Source: Acidobacteriota bacterium | GTDB lineage: Bacteria > Acidobacteriota > Vicinamibacteria > Vicinamibacterales > UBA2999 | DNA: 52,155 nucleotides | Direction: 5' to 3' | NCBI GenBank assembly: GCA_031392125.1 | Contig: JANMUX010000043.1 | Coordinates: 1-52,155, forward strand | In this document: positions 42,345 to 50,778 of the stretch, in pieces | Layout of the letters: every line of letters begins with the position of its first letter | Numbering within the stretch: position 1 is the stretch's first letter | Notes under the pieces: model-generated | What the model was told of the DNA's origin: nothing | Databases searched by the model: none | The model's input: only the letters and a program-made list of their open reading frames with translations | Program-made: the position numbers and the translations under genes

Positions 42345-43646
42345 GTGATGAAGATTTTGCTGACCACCGTGCTGCTGATGTTGCTATCGCTGCCATCCCT
42401 TGCACAGGAAGCACGCCGGCGATGGGAAATGGAGCGGCAGATTCGGCTCGATAAGTTCGAGCAGGTGCTGCCGCGCGCCATGCGCGACAACGGCATCGAC
42501 ATGTGGATCGTCGCCGCCAAGGAAAACCATTACGACCCGCTCTGGAAAGATCTGGGCCGCGGCTACATTTCGGGCATCGGCTACTACGTGTTTGCCGATC
42601 GCGGCGGCGACCGCATCGAGCGCGCCGCCCTCGGGCCCAGTGGCTACCTGCTGGCTGAGTCGGGCGCCTACGACACCATCGCACCCGCGGCCACCCTTGC
42701 CGAATACGTCAAGACCCGCGACCCCAAGCGCATTGGCGTGAACATGTCGGAGCAGATCGGTCCCGCCGATGGACTGTCGGTGACCATGATGGCTCACCTC
42801 AAGAAGACGCTGGGAGAACCGTACGCGTCGCGTTTCGTGACTGCCGAGAAGCTGGTCGCCGATTTCCGTTCGCACCGCGTCGCCGCCGAGATCGTTGCCT
42901 TCGGGGAAGCCGCCGGCATTGCCATCCAGCTGACCGAACGCGCGTTGTCCAACGAGGTGATCACGCCCGGAAAGACGACGCTCGAAGACGTGGCGTGGTG
43001 GATGCAGGACCGCCTGCTCGATCGCGCACTAGGCTCTGAATTCGACATGCCATCGGTGTACGTCACCGGGCCCAACGGCATCATTGCGACCTCGTCGAAC
43101 CGGATCATCCAGCCCGGCGACGTGATGATGATCGACTGGGGCGTCCAGTTGATGAACTTCGGCACCGACGTGAAGCGCGTCGCCTATGTCCTGAAGGCAG
43201 GGGAGACGACGCCGCCCAAGAGTATCCAGTCGGCGTTCGACCGCGCGCTCTCGGTGCGCGATGTCATCAAGAAGGCAATCAAAGTGGGTGTGCGCGCCGA
43301 CGAGACCATGAAGCGGATGGACGCCGCCCTGCGGGCCGCCGGCTTCGGCGTGATCGAGTTCAACCGGCCGAACAAGGACGACAAGACCGACGTCACTTAT
43401 GGCTTCCATCCCGTCGGCAACACCGGCCACGACATCGGCCCATCGCTGACCACCTGGCAGCCGTTCCAGAGCACCTTTGTCATGCACGCACAGCACATGT
43501 TCTCGTTTGAATACTTCGCCTATTCGCCGATTGCTGAATGGGGCGGCGCGAAGTTGCGGATTCCGATCGAAGACGACGCGATACTGACTGACGCGGGCAT
43601 CCAGTTCCTTCATTCCGCAAACTATCGGCTGCTGGTGATCAAGTAG
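42345..43646 (+). CDS. M24-family metallopeptidase (Xaa-Pro aminopeptidase/creatinase-like), secreted
   Basis: Signal peptide 'MMKILLTTVLLMLLSLPSLAQ'. 'GDVMMIDWGVQLMNFGTDVKR' and 'HPVGNTGHDIG' fit the pita-bread metal-ligand blocks. Confidence 0.6.
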   Translation: MMKILLTTVLLMLLSLPSLAQEARRRWEMERQIRLDKFEQVLPRAMRDNGIDMWIVAAKENHYDPLWKDLGRGYISGIGYYVFADRGGDRIERAALGPSGYLLAESGAYDTIAPAATLAEYVKTRDPKRIGVNMSEQIGPADGLSVTMMAHLKKTLGEPYASRFVTAEKLVADFRSHRVAAEIVAFGEAAGIAIQLTERALSNEVITPGKTTLEDVAWWMQDRLLDRALGSEFDMPSVYVTGPNGIIATSSNRIIQPGDVMMIDWGVQLMNFGTDVKRVAYVLKAGETTPPKSIQSAFDRALSVRDVIKKAIKVGVRADETMKRMDAALRAAGFGVIEFNRPNKDDKTDVTYGFHPVGNTGHDIGPSLTTWQPFQSTFVMHAQHMFSFEYFAYSPIAEWGGAKLRIPIEDDAILTDAGIQFLHSANYRLLVIK

Positions 43647-43741
43647 CGATCGGTTCCGCGCGACGGCAGGTCGAACAGATGACCTTGGCGGCTGCTGATG
43701 CGATGGTTTCCGCCGGGGCGAGTGACGGATAATCGAACGAG

Positions 43742-44287
43742 ATGCTCGAGCTGTTCCTGTGGTGGATGCTGGCGGCGTTCGTGTTCGTGCTGGCCGTCGG
43801 CGTCGTCGGCTACATCGTTGCCCGCTGGTTGTTCATTCGGACTGCCGAGCGGATGGCGCACGAGGTTGACCGGAGGGTGGGCGGCGCCGCCGCCCGCACC
43901 TTCACCCACCTCGCCAACTATGCCCAGGCGACAGGGATTCCACTCGACGAAGCCGATCGCTTCTTCGGCGCGCATGTCGATCGGCTGGCCAAGCTCATGG
44001 ACAGCGCGATCACGCTGCCCATTGTCGGCAAGGTCGGGTTGGATGCGGTGTTCGGCCTCGTGCCGGTGGTGGGCGACCTCGCCGGCACAGCGGTCTCGCT
44101 AACACTCGTTGCCCGCACGCTCCGCTACGGACCGCCGGCGGCGTTGGTTTCGAAAATGTTGTCGAATGTCGCGGTCGATCTCGTCCTCGGTTCAATACCT
44201 GTCATCGGCTTCTTCGCCGATATCTGGTTCAGGTCCAACGATCGCAACGCCGCCTTGATGAAAGAGTTCCTCGACGGCCGCAGCTAG
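43742..44287 (+). CDS. DUF4112 domain-containing membrane protein
   Basis: 'VGLDAVFGLVPVVGDLAGTAVSL...NVAVDLVLGSIPVIGFFADIWFRSNDRN' is the DUF4112 signature as I recall it. Confidence 0.65.
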   Translation: MLELFLWWMLAAFVFVLAVGVVGYIVARWLFIRTAERMAHEVDRRVGGAAARTFTHLANYAQATGIPLDEADRFFGAHVDRLAKLMDSAITLPIVGKVGLDAVFGLVPVVGDLAGTAVSLTLVARTLRYGPPAALVSKMLSNVAVDLVLGSIPVIGFFADIWFRSNDRNAALMKEFLDGRS

Positions 44288-44303
44288 CAGCTGCCGCTTG
44301 AGA

Positions 44304-47147
44304 TCATTGCCGGCCCGGTGCTGTCGCAGTCGGCTTCGCCCCGGCTCCCGCTGCCGGCATGTCGTTCCAGAACAGCAACCCGTTGAACACCATTCCATGC
44401 TCGCCGAAGGTCTGCCAGCGGTAGATCGGGTTGTTGGCGAACAGGATCACGCGACCCTTGCCTGACGCCGCATCGACGATCATTGGCCGGTTGCGCGTTT
44501 GATCGGGATTGCGCATCAGTCCGCTCAGCACGCCCGCCTCGCCGCCCGTGAAGCGCGCGATTACCTGCGGCCGATCGGGTGACGAGCCCGCGAACTGTTC
44601 AAAGCCTGCCGGCGGTCCCGCCTGCAGCAGCGGACCACCCGCGTAGCGCACCGGCAACGTCTTCTGGGGGTAGCCAAACATCACAGGGTGGTTCGGCAGC
44701 AGGATCTCGCTGCTGACATACGGACCCGGTGCGTAGAACCCGGGCGCCGGGCTCTGTGCGTCGACACCCTTGGCGAGCCCGAACTCGGCTGGGAAATAGC
44801 TGGCCACGCCGAGCGTCATCAACACGCCGCCGTCATCCACAAATTTCTGGAGCTCGGCCGCGCCGGCCAGGCCCATGCCGCCACGGACGTCGTCGGTCTC
44901 CGCGTAAAAGCCCATCGACTTGAACTTGTCGCTCTTCTTGTAGGGCAGCGGCTTCGACAGTTTCGGCTGCTCGTAGACGATCGACTTGCCGTTGTTGGTC
45001 TGATGCGGCATCACCACCACGTCGTACTTGGCGCGCAGGTTGGCGCCGGCCTGCACGTGATCCTTATGGATTAAGTCGAAGGGAATTTCCCAACGGTCGA
45101 ACGCCAGGCGCACCCAGCCTACTTTCTCGGTGTTCGCCCATGTCGTGTACATCGCAATGCGAGGCAGGTCGAGGTTCGCGGTCTCGACGCTTGGTGCCGA
45201 CGCCACCGCCGTTGCCACCAGGCCCAGCGACTCCACTTCTTTCTTTACCCGTTCGCTCGCCGATTCGATAATGAACGAGCCGGCCGGATACTCGGTCTCG
45301 CCAACCTTGAAAGCCGTCTTCGCACCTTTGACGGCTACGTCCTTCAACCGGTAGCGCAGCGTAATCAGGTTGAGCGATCCGTTGTGCTTCACAATAGTGA
45401 CGCCACCAGCGCCGGTGACGGCGCCAGTCGTGATCGCATCGGCAGTCAGCAGTACGGCGGTCGCGTCGAATATCGCCTTGTCCTCGATGCTCTTGACGTC
45501 GATGTTATTCGCCATCCCCATGGTCCACGCGCTGTCGTCGTAGGTGGTGAGCGCGGGATCCGGATAGTTCTGCTTCTCGAGCAACGTCTTGGCCAGCGGA
45601 CCGTATGGCTGGTTCAGCTTGACGATGTATGACCCGGCCGGGAAGGTGCCATCCTTAACCTTGATTTCGGCGGTGGCGCGGTGCACTTCTATGGCCTGGC
45701 GGCGTATCAGGTTCACCACCCGATCGACCTGCAACTGGTCGCGCTGCCCCGCCGGCAGGACGAACGCATGCGGTGGCTGGTCGGCGCCACGCTTCATCGC
45801 GTTGAACGACTTCTTGTAGTAGTTCTCGACCACCATCGTCGGGAACTTGGAAGTCAGTTCGAGGGCGGTCAGCACGCCGGTTTGCGCGTAGTTGATGGCG
45901 TTGCGGATCGACCAGTCGACTTCACCGGCCGCTGCCGGCATCGGCCGGTACCACTGCCGCGTCGTCTGCGCGCCAGAGAGCCGGGCCTTCTTCGTGTTGG
46001 CACCGCCCTGGTTGAAGATCTCGTACATCCGGAGCATGCCGTTATGGTTGGCGGCAGCGAAACCCAGGTAGCCTGGCGACCACATATCGACAAACCCAAA
46101 GTGCCAGACGCCAGGCATGCCATAGCCGGTCAGCTTGTTGACTTCGTAGTTCGCGAAGAACGGCAGCTCCGTGTAAAGAATCGGATCGAGGTTCGCGTTC
46201 TGGGGCGGCTGGCCGCTGAAGGTGTAGAGCAGCGTTTGCGCTTCATGCAGGTCGTGCCAGATGGGCGGCACCCAGTTCAGGTACCACGTCAAGTGCGCAC
46301 GCAGCGAATCGACGCCGTAGTTGATGTCGCGGTTGTTGTCGTGAAATACGTACTTGCCCCAGTACGGAGGGCCGCCGTAGTTCTCGCCGCCGTCGTAGAG
46401 TTCGTCCACTTTGTAGGCGTAGTACCAGTCGACATATCGATCGCGGCCGTCAACATCGGTCGCGCCGGTGATGCTGACAATCACATTGTCGCGAATTTGC
46501 TGGATATAGGGCTCTTCGCTCACGGCAAGGCGATAAGCGAGTTCCATCACGGCTTCAGGTGGATTGGTCTCGCCGCTGTGGAGACCTGCGCTGATGTGGT
46601 AGTGCGGCTTGGTGGTGGCAATCAGGTGCTGCACCTGGACATCGGTCAAGCCGCGCGGGTCGGCCAGCTTGCGCGTGTTCTGGCGGTTCGCCTCGAGGCC
46701 CTTCATGTTCGCCTCCGACGAGATGTACACCACCATGATGTCGCGACCTTCTTCGGTCTTGGCGACCACCTCGGTCTTAAAGCGCCCGGGCAAAGCCTTC
46801 TCGAGCGCCTTGAAATAGCGCTGCTGATCGGCGACGTAGGTCAGCTTTTTCTCGGTACCGATGTGGTAGCCAAGAATGTCCTTAGGTGTGGGGACGCCCA
46901 GCTTCTTGGGCAGATGATCGACAAGCGGTGAAAGGAATTCAGGCTTGGTTGTAGCTTTCTTCACAAACTCGGCGAACTCCGCGTCGTTCACGGCTGGGGC
47001 AGCCGGCGTGGCCTGCCGGCCCTGAGCAGAGGCGTTAGGTTGGGTTTGAGCCGCGGTGAGGGTCTCAACCCTGGAAAAGGCGCCCAAAGCGATAGAAAGG
47101 AGGATGAGGCAGCCGAAAATGGCAATTCGGCGATTCAGGTCGATCAT
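44304..47147 (-). CDS. M14-family zinc carboxypeptidase-like protein (large, secreted)
   Basis: Signal peptide. 'HISAGLHSGETNPPEAVMELAYRL' provides the HxxE zinc-binding motif. 947 aa with a long C-terminal extension. Confidence 0.7.
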   Translation of the reverse strand: MIDLNRRIAIFGCLILLSIALGAFSRVETLTAAQTQPNASAQGRQATPAAPAVNDAEFAEFVKKATTKPEFLSPLVDHLPKKLGVPTPKDILGYHIGTEKKLTYVADQQRYFKALEKALPGRFKTEVVAKTEEGRDIMVVYISSEANMKGLEANRQNTRKLADPRGLTDVQVQHLIATTKPHYHISAGLHSGETNPPEAVMELAYRLAVSEEPYIQQIRDNVIVSITGATDVDGRDRYVDWYYAYKVDELYDGGENYGGPPYWGKYVFHDNNRDINYGVDSLRAHLTWYLNWVPPIWHDLHEAQTLLYTFSGQPPQNANLDPILYTELPFFANYEVNKLTGYGMPGVWHFGFVDMWSPGYLGFAAANHNGMLRMYEIFNQGGANTKKARLSGAQTTRQWYRPMPAAAGEVDWSIRNAINYAQTGVLTALELTSKFPTMVVENYYKKSFNAMKRGADQPPHAFVLPAGQRDQLQVDRVVNLIRRQAIEVHRATAEIKVKDGTFPAGSYIVKLNQPYGPLAKTLLEKQNYPDPALTTYDDSAWTMGMANNIDVKSIEDKAIFDATAVLLTADAITTGAVTGAGGVTIVKHNGSLNLITLRYRLKDVAVKGAKTAFKVGETEYPAGSFIIESASERVKKEVESLGLVATAVASAPSVETANLDLPRIAMYTTWANTEKVGWVRLAFDRWEIPFDLIHKDHVQAGANLRAKYDVVVMPHQTNNGKSIVYEQPKLSKPLPYKKSDKFKSMGFYAETDDVRGGMGLAGAAELQKFVDDGGVLMTLGVASYFPAEFGLAKGVDAQSPAPGFYAPGPYVSSEILLPNHPVMFGYPQKTLPVRYAGGPLLQAGPPAGFEQFAGSSPDRPQVIARFTGGEAGVLSGLMRNPDQTRNRPMIVDAASGKGRVILFANNPIYRWQTFGEHGMVFNGLLFWNDMPAAGAGAKPTATAPGRQ

Positions 47148-47234
47148 TTTTATAAACCCTTAATCCTCATAGACTTACGTGAGCTTACCAGGTCGTTACA
47201 GGACCGGATCGTCCATGAAATGGGGCAAAAGCCA

Positions 47235-47263
47235 TTGAGCGGGCGCGAGCGGGATTATAGAAT
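47235..47263 (+). promoter_or_regulatory. near-consensus sigma70-type promoter for the DGQHR gene
   Basis: TTGAGC (47235-47240), 17-nt spacer, TAGAAT (47258-47263), 24 nt upstream of the ATG at 47287. It lies in an AT-richer intergenic region. Confidence 0.4.
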
Positions 47264-47286
47264 CTGACCTCTTTGGACGGACTCAT

Positions 47287-48423
47287 ATGATCAGCGTAGC
47301 CGCTATCCGGATGCAGCAGTTCGGCGTGCAATTCTATCAGGCCTCTCTCACGGCCAGTGATATCGACAAGCTCGTGCGTTTCGAGGTGTTGAGCTACCAG
47401 GACCAGGGGCAAGCGGGCGTTCGCGGAAAGAAGAAAGCCGCCCAGTCCAAGATCAACTGGGACCTGCTCGAGCGGCGAATCGCCTCGAACGAGAAGGCGT
47501 ACCAGCGACAGATCATCCGCAAGAAGATTGATGAACTGGTCCAGTATTACGAACAGTGCCGACAGGCCCGCGACCTGCCATCAATTCCTGGCGCGGTGAT
47601 CATTTCCTGTGATGAGAAGCTGAGCTTCGAGGCGGTGGAGAGCGGCTCATCCGTGGGCCGCTTGAAGGTCCCCGAACGTGAAGGCATCCTGCGCGCTATC
47701 GACGGCCAGCACCGGTTGCTTGCCCTGCACGCCGACATCGATCGGTTTGGCGACGAGCCCTTCACGGTGCCCGCGATCATTTTCGACCGCGTGCCCGAAG
47801 ATCACATCGTGCAGATGTTCGTCACCATCAATGCGAAGCACACTCGCCTGAACGCGTCGCACCTGGTCTCGTTGTCGGGACGCCAGCTCTATCGCGACGA
47901 ATCGCTGGCGGCAGCGCACGACGTCGTGCGCGCATTGAATGACCGCGATGAATCGCCACTGTTTGGCGAGATCAAGCTGCTCGGCGTCGGCAAGGGCCGC
48001 GTCGGCCAGGCGCCGCTCGCGCAGGAACTCAAGAAGCTGTTCTCGGATGAGGCGGCACTGGGTGGCGCCCGCAAGAGCGCGGAGTTCCGTGAGGAGTCGA
48101 AGAAGTTCTTCGTCAATTACCTCAAGCAGATCGCCAGCATTTTCGAATCGGCATGGAACGGCCGGAAGTACAGCATCAAGTCGGCCACCGCCTTGCGCGC
48201 ATTCATCCGCGTGGCCCCTGATGTGATCCAGAAGATCGACCAGCTGCACGCGGACCGCACTGACTTCCGCGCCATTGGCCGCGTGATTTCGCCGTGGGGC
48301 CGCCGCATCGGCGCGCTGCGCTTCGAAACCGACGGTGCCTGGAAGCGCCAGGGGACGACGGTCGACAATCTCACCAAGGAACTGCGCCTGGCGCTGCAGT
48401 ACCCCGAAGGTGCGGCCGGTTAA
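47287..48423 (+). CDS. DGQHR-domain protein (DndB-like, ParB/Srx-fold superfamily)
   Basis: Literal 'AIDGQHRLLAL' motif followed by 'QMFVTINAKHTRL'. The N-terminal 'FYQASLTASDI' and the length (378 aa) fit DndB/DpdB-type DGQHR proteins. Confidence 0.75.
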   Translation: MISVAAIRMQQFGVQFYQASLTASDIDKLVRFEVLSYQDQGQAGVRGKKKAAQSKINWDLLERRIASNEKAYQRQIIRKKIDELVQYYEQCRQARDLPSIPGAVIISCDEKLSFEAVESGSSVGRLKVPEREGILRAIDGQHRLLALHADIDRFGDEPFTVPAIIFDRVPEDHIVQMFVTINAKHTRLNASHLVSLSGRQLYRDESLAAAHDVVRALNDRDESPLFGEIKLLGVGKGRVGQAPLAQELKKLFSDEAALGGARKSAEFREESKKFFVNYLKQIASIFESAWNGRKYSIKSATALRAFIRVAPDVIQKIDQLHADRTDFRAIGRVISPWGRRIGALRFETDGAWKRQGTTVDNLTKELRLALQYPEGAAG

Positions 48424-48613
48424 CGGTACGGACGAATCTGTGATCGCGCCAACAAAGTTGTCGGCGCCGAGCGAGGGCAGTCGCGCAAAATCGCGCGAAA
48501 AGGCCAGAAAACGATCGGCACAGACTGTGGATTAAAGGTGGCTGACGCCAGTCTGTTTACTACGGCATTAGTGCAGTAGTAGCTGGGGGGGAGCCAGGTT
48601 GGCGGCAACTTTT

Positions 48614-48645
48614 GGGCGGCGGTTTCAGCAATGAAATCGCCGCCC
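48614..48645 (+). terminator. 13-bp-stem hairpin between the convergent DGQHR and pxpA genes
   Basis: GGGCGGCGGTTTC (48614-48626) pairs with GAAATCGCCGCCC (48633-48645) across a 6-nt loop. One G-U pair on plus-strand RNA would be a C-A mismatch on the minus strand. Followed by CTTAGTCATTTC (weak U tract). Confidence 0.45.
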
Positions 48646-48649
48646 TTAG

Positions 48650-49408
48650 TCATTTCTGGAGGCTTTCGACGGCGATGCCGGCGGCTTCCAGGCCCTTGCG
48701 AAGGCACCGTGCCAGGGCGGCCGCGCCCCGGGTGTCGCCGTGCAGGCAGATGGTGTCGGCCTTGAGCGAAATCACTGAACCATCGGTTGCCACGACCTGG
48801 TGCTCGCGCACCATGCGAATCGCGCGCTCGAGCACCGCCGCCTCGTCGTGGATCACGCTGCCGGCTTTCTGACGCGAGGCGAGCGATCCATCGGGCTCAT
48901 ACGCGCGATCGGCGAAGACCTCGGCGGCTACTTGCAATCCGGCGCGGTCGCCGGCCCTCATCAGTTCCGACTCAGGGAGTCCAAACAGGATCAAGCCTCG
49001 ATCGAGGGCTGCCACCGCGCGCGCGATGGCGTCGGCGAGGCTGCGGTCGCGAGCCGCCATGTTATAGAGCGCCCCATGCGCCTTCACATGCTGCAGGCGC
49101 ACCCCGTATGTGCTGGCGACACCGGCCAATGCCGCGACCTGGTAAAGCACGAGGTCTTCCACCTCCTGCGGCGTGGCTTTAATCTCGCGGCGGCCGAAGC
49201 CGACGAGATCCTGGAATCCAGGATGGGCCCCGATGGCGACGCCACTGGCCTTCGCGAGCGCGACGGTGGTGCGCATGACGCCCGGGTCGCCCGCGTGAAA
49301 GCCGCATGCAACGTTTGCCGAAGAAATGCTTGCCATCAAGGCCGCATCGTCGCCCATGGGCCAAGGGCCAAAGGACTCGCCAAGATCCGAGTTGAGGTCA
49401 ATTCTCAT
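48650..49408 (-). CDS. pxpA: 5-oxoprolinase subunit A (LamB/YcsF family)
   Basis: From ATG 49408: 'MRIDLNSDLGESFGPW...SANVACGFHAGDP...GAHPGFQDLVGFGRR...VKAHGALYN'. The upstream extension in the ORF track is not supported. Confidence 0.85.
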   Translation of the reverse strand: MRIDLNSDLGESFGPWPMGDDAALMASISSANVACGFHAGDPGVMRTTVALAKASGVAIGAHPGFQDLVGFGRREIKATPQEVEDLVLYQVAALAGVASTYGVRLQHVKAHGALYNMAARDRSLADAIARAVAALDRGLILFGLPESELMRAGDRAGLQVAAEVFADRAYEPDGSLASRQKAGSVIHDEAAVLERAIRMVREHQVVATDGSVISLKADTICLHGDTRGAAALARCLRKGLEAAGIAVESLQK

Positions 49409-49512
49409 TTTTCCGGACCGCCCATTGTAGTCGGCAAAATACCGCGCTGCGGCCACCGTCTGCAGCAACGCTGGTTGCCACGCGGCCATCCCCAAGCGGT
49501 ATGATCTGCGAC

Positions 49513-50778
49513 ATGAAATCGAGACCGGCGTCATTGGCGTTGTCTGCTGCCCTGATGGTCCTGTGGGCGGCCTCATCGGGTTTGGCGCAGGCGCCACAGC
49601 GACAGACCCAGGAAGACGATTACACCCGCTACGAGCTGCTTGGTCCCGACACGGCTCAGTTTCGAATCCTCTATGAAGTGAGCGCCACCACCGCCGGTGC
49701 GCCGTTCTTCTTCAACGCCATTCGCCGCGGCAGCATCGCCACCGACGAGCGCGTTACCGACCTGATGACCGGACAGCCGCTCAAGTGGGAAGTGGTGAGC
49801 GGCAAGCAGGCGCGCAGCGAGGGACACCCCACCGCCGACCTCGAAACCGAATGGCTGAAGGTGCACCTCGCCCGGCCCGTACCCAAGGGCGGCGAAGGAC
49901 GCGTGCTGATCGATAAGACCTACAAGGACGCCAAGAGCTATTTCCGCGATGGCGACGCCATCGTCTTTGACCGCTCACTGGGCATTCGGCGTAACGCAGT
50001 TGTGCTGCCGGCGGGATACCGGTTGGTCAGCTGCAACGTGCCCTCGCAGGTGATGACCACCGAAGACGGTCGCGTGATGATTACGTTCATGAACACCAGC
50101 GCGGCCGCAGCGCCACTGGTGATTCGCGCCAAGCCGGGACTAAGCGCCTTCACGCCGAAGCTGCCGACCACACGCGGCGCCGCCGCATCCGTGACCCTGG
50201 CATCCCAGGCAAGCCGGCTCTCCGATCGCGCGCACCAGGATCGCGAGATTGTGTATTTCCCCAATGACCCGGCCACCCATTCATTCAGCCTTTACCACGA
50301 CTACACCGAGTCACGACCCGGCATCGGCCATTACTTCAACGTCGTGCGGGCCGGCAGCTCGGTGTCAAATCCATCGGCGGTGTTGCTGGATACCGGCGAG
50401 GTGCTGAAAGTCGAAACCGTCAGTGGCGCCGAACTCAAGAAGCGCGGACTCGACGCCGGCGAGCCGGTGGCCGACACCGTGCAAGTTGTGGTGATTTCGT
50501 TTCCGGCGGTGAAGACCGGGGAGTCGGTGCGGCTGCGGATTACCGAGACCTACACCGACCCGAATCGCTATCTGCTCGAGGGTGACGAATTGGTTTGGGA
50601 TCGCGCCTTCGGGCGGCCTCGAAACTCGGTAGTGTTGCCGGCCGGGTGGACTGTAGTAGCCAGCTCGATTCCTTCGGTTATCTCGCAGGATCCGGATGGC
50701 CGACAGCGGCTCTACTTCGAGAACGGGCGTAACGACGAGATCCAGGCGCTGATTCGCGCGCGGCGAGCGCCGAACTAG
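49513..50778 (+). CDS. secreted hypothetical protein made of two tandem homologous ~190-aa domains
   Basis: Signal peptide 'MKSRPASLALSAALMVLWAASSGLAQ'. Internal duplication is visible by eye (see findings). A TATGAT hexamer at 49500-49505 ends 7 nt before the ATG, so a leaderless transcript is possible. Its TAG stop overlaps the argF stop (CTAG). Confidence 0.6.
   Translation: MKSRPASLALSAALMVLWAASSGLAQAPQRQTQEDDYTRYELLGPDTAQFRILYEVSATTAGAPFFFNAIRRGSIATDERVTDLMTGQPLKWEVVSGKQARSEGHPTADLETEWLKVHLARPVPKGGEGRVLIDKTYKDAKSYFRDGDAIVFDRSLGIRRNAVVLPAGYRLVSCNVPSQVMTTEDGRVMITFMNTSAAAAPLVIRAKPGLSAFTPKLPTTRGAAASVTLASQASRLSDRAHQDREIVYFPNDPATHSFSLYHDYTESRPGIGHYFNVVRAGSSVSNPSAVLLDTGEVLKVETVSGAELKKRGLDAGEPVADTVQVVVISFPAVKTGESVRLRITETYTDPNRYLLEGDELVWDRAFGRPRNSVVLPAGWTVVASSIPSVISQDPDGRQRLYFENGRNDEIQALIRARRAPN

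Noticed and set aside
45681-46931. 416-aa plus-strand ORF within the M14 peptidase gene
   Set aside because: Antisense shadow. No motifs, and the M14 HxxE gene on the other strand explains the open frame.
48420-48707. 95-aa minus-strand ORF (and 66-aa plus ORF 48335-48535) in the spacer after the DGQHR gene
   Set aside because: No RBS or start context, odd composition, and overlap with the neighbouring gene ends. More likely non-coding.
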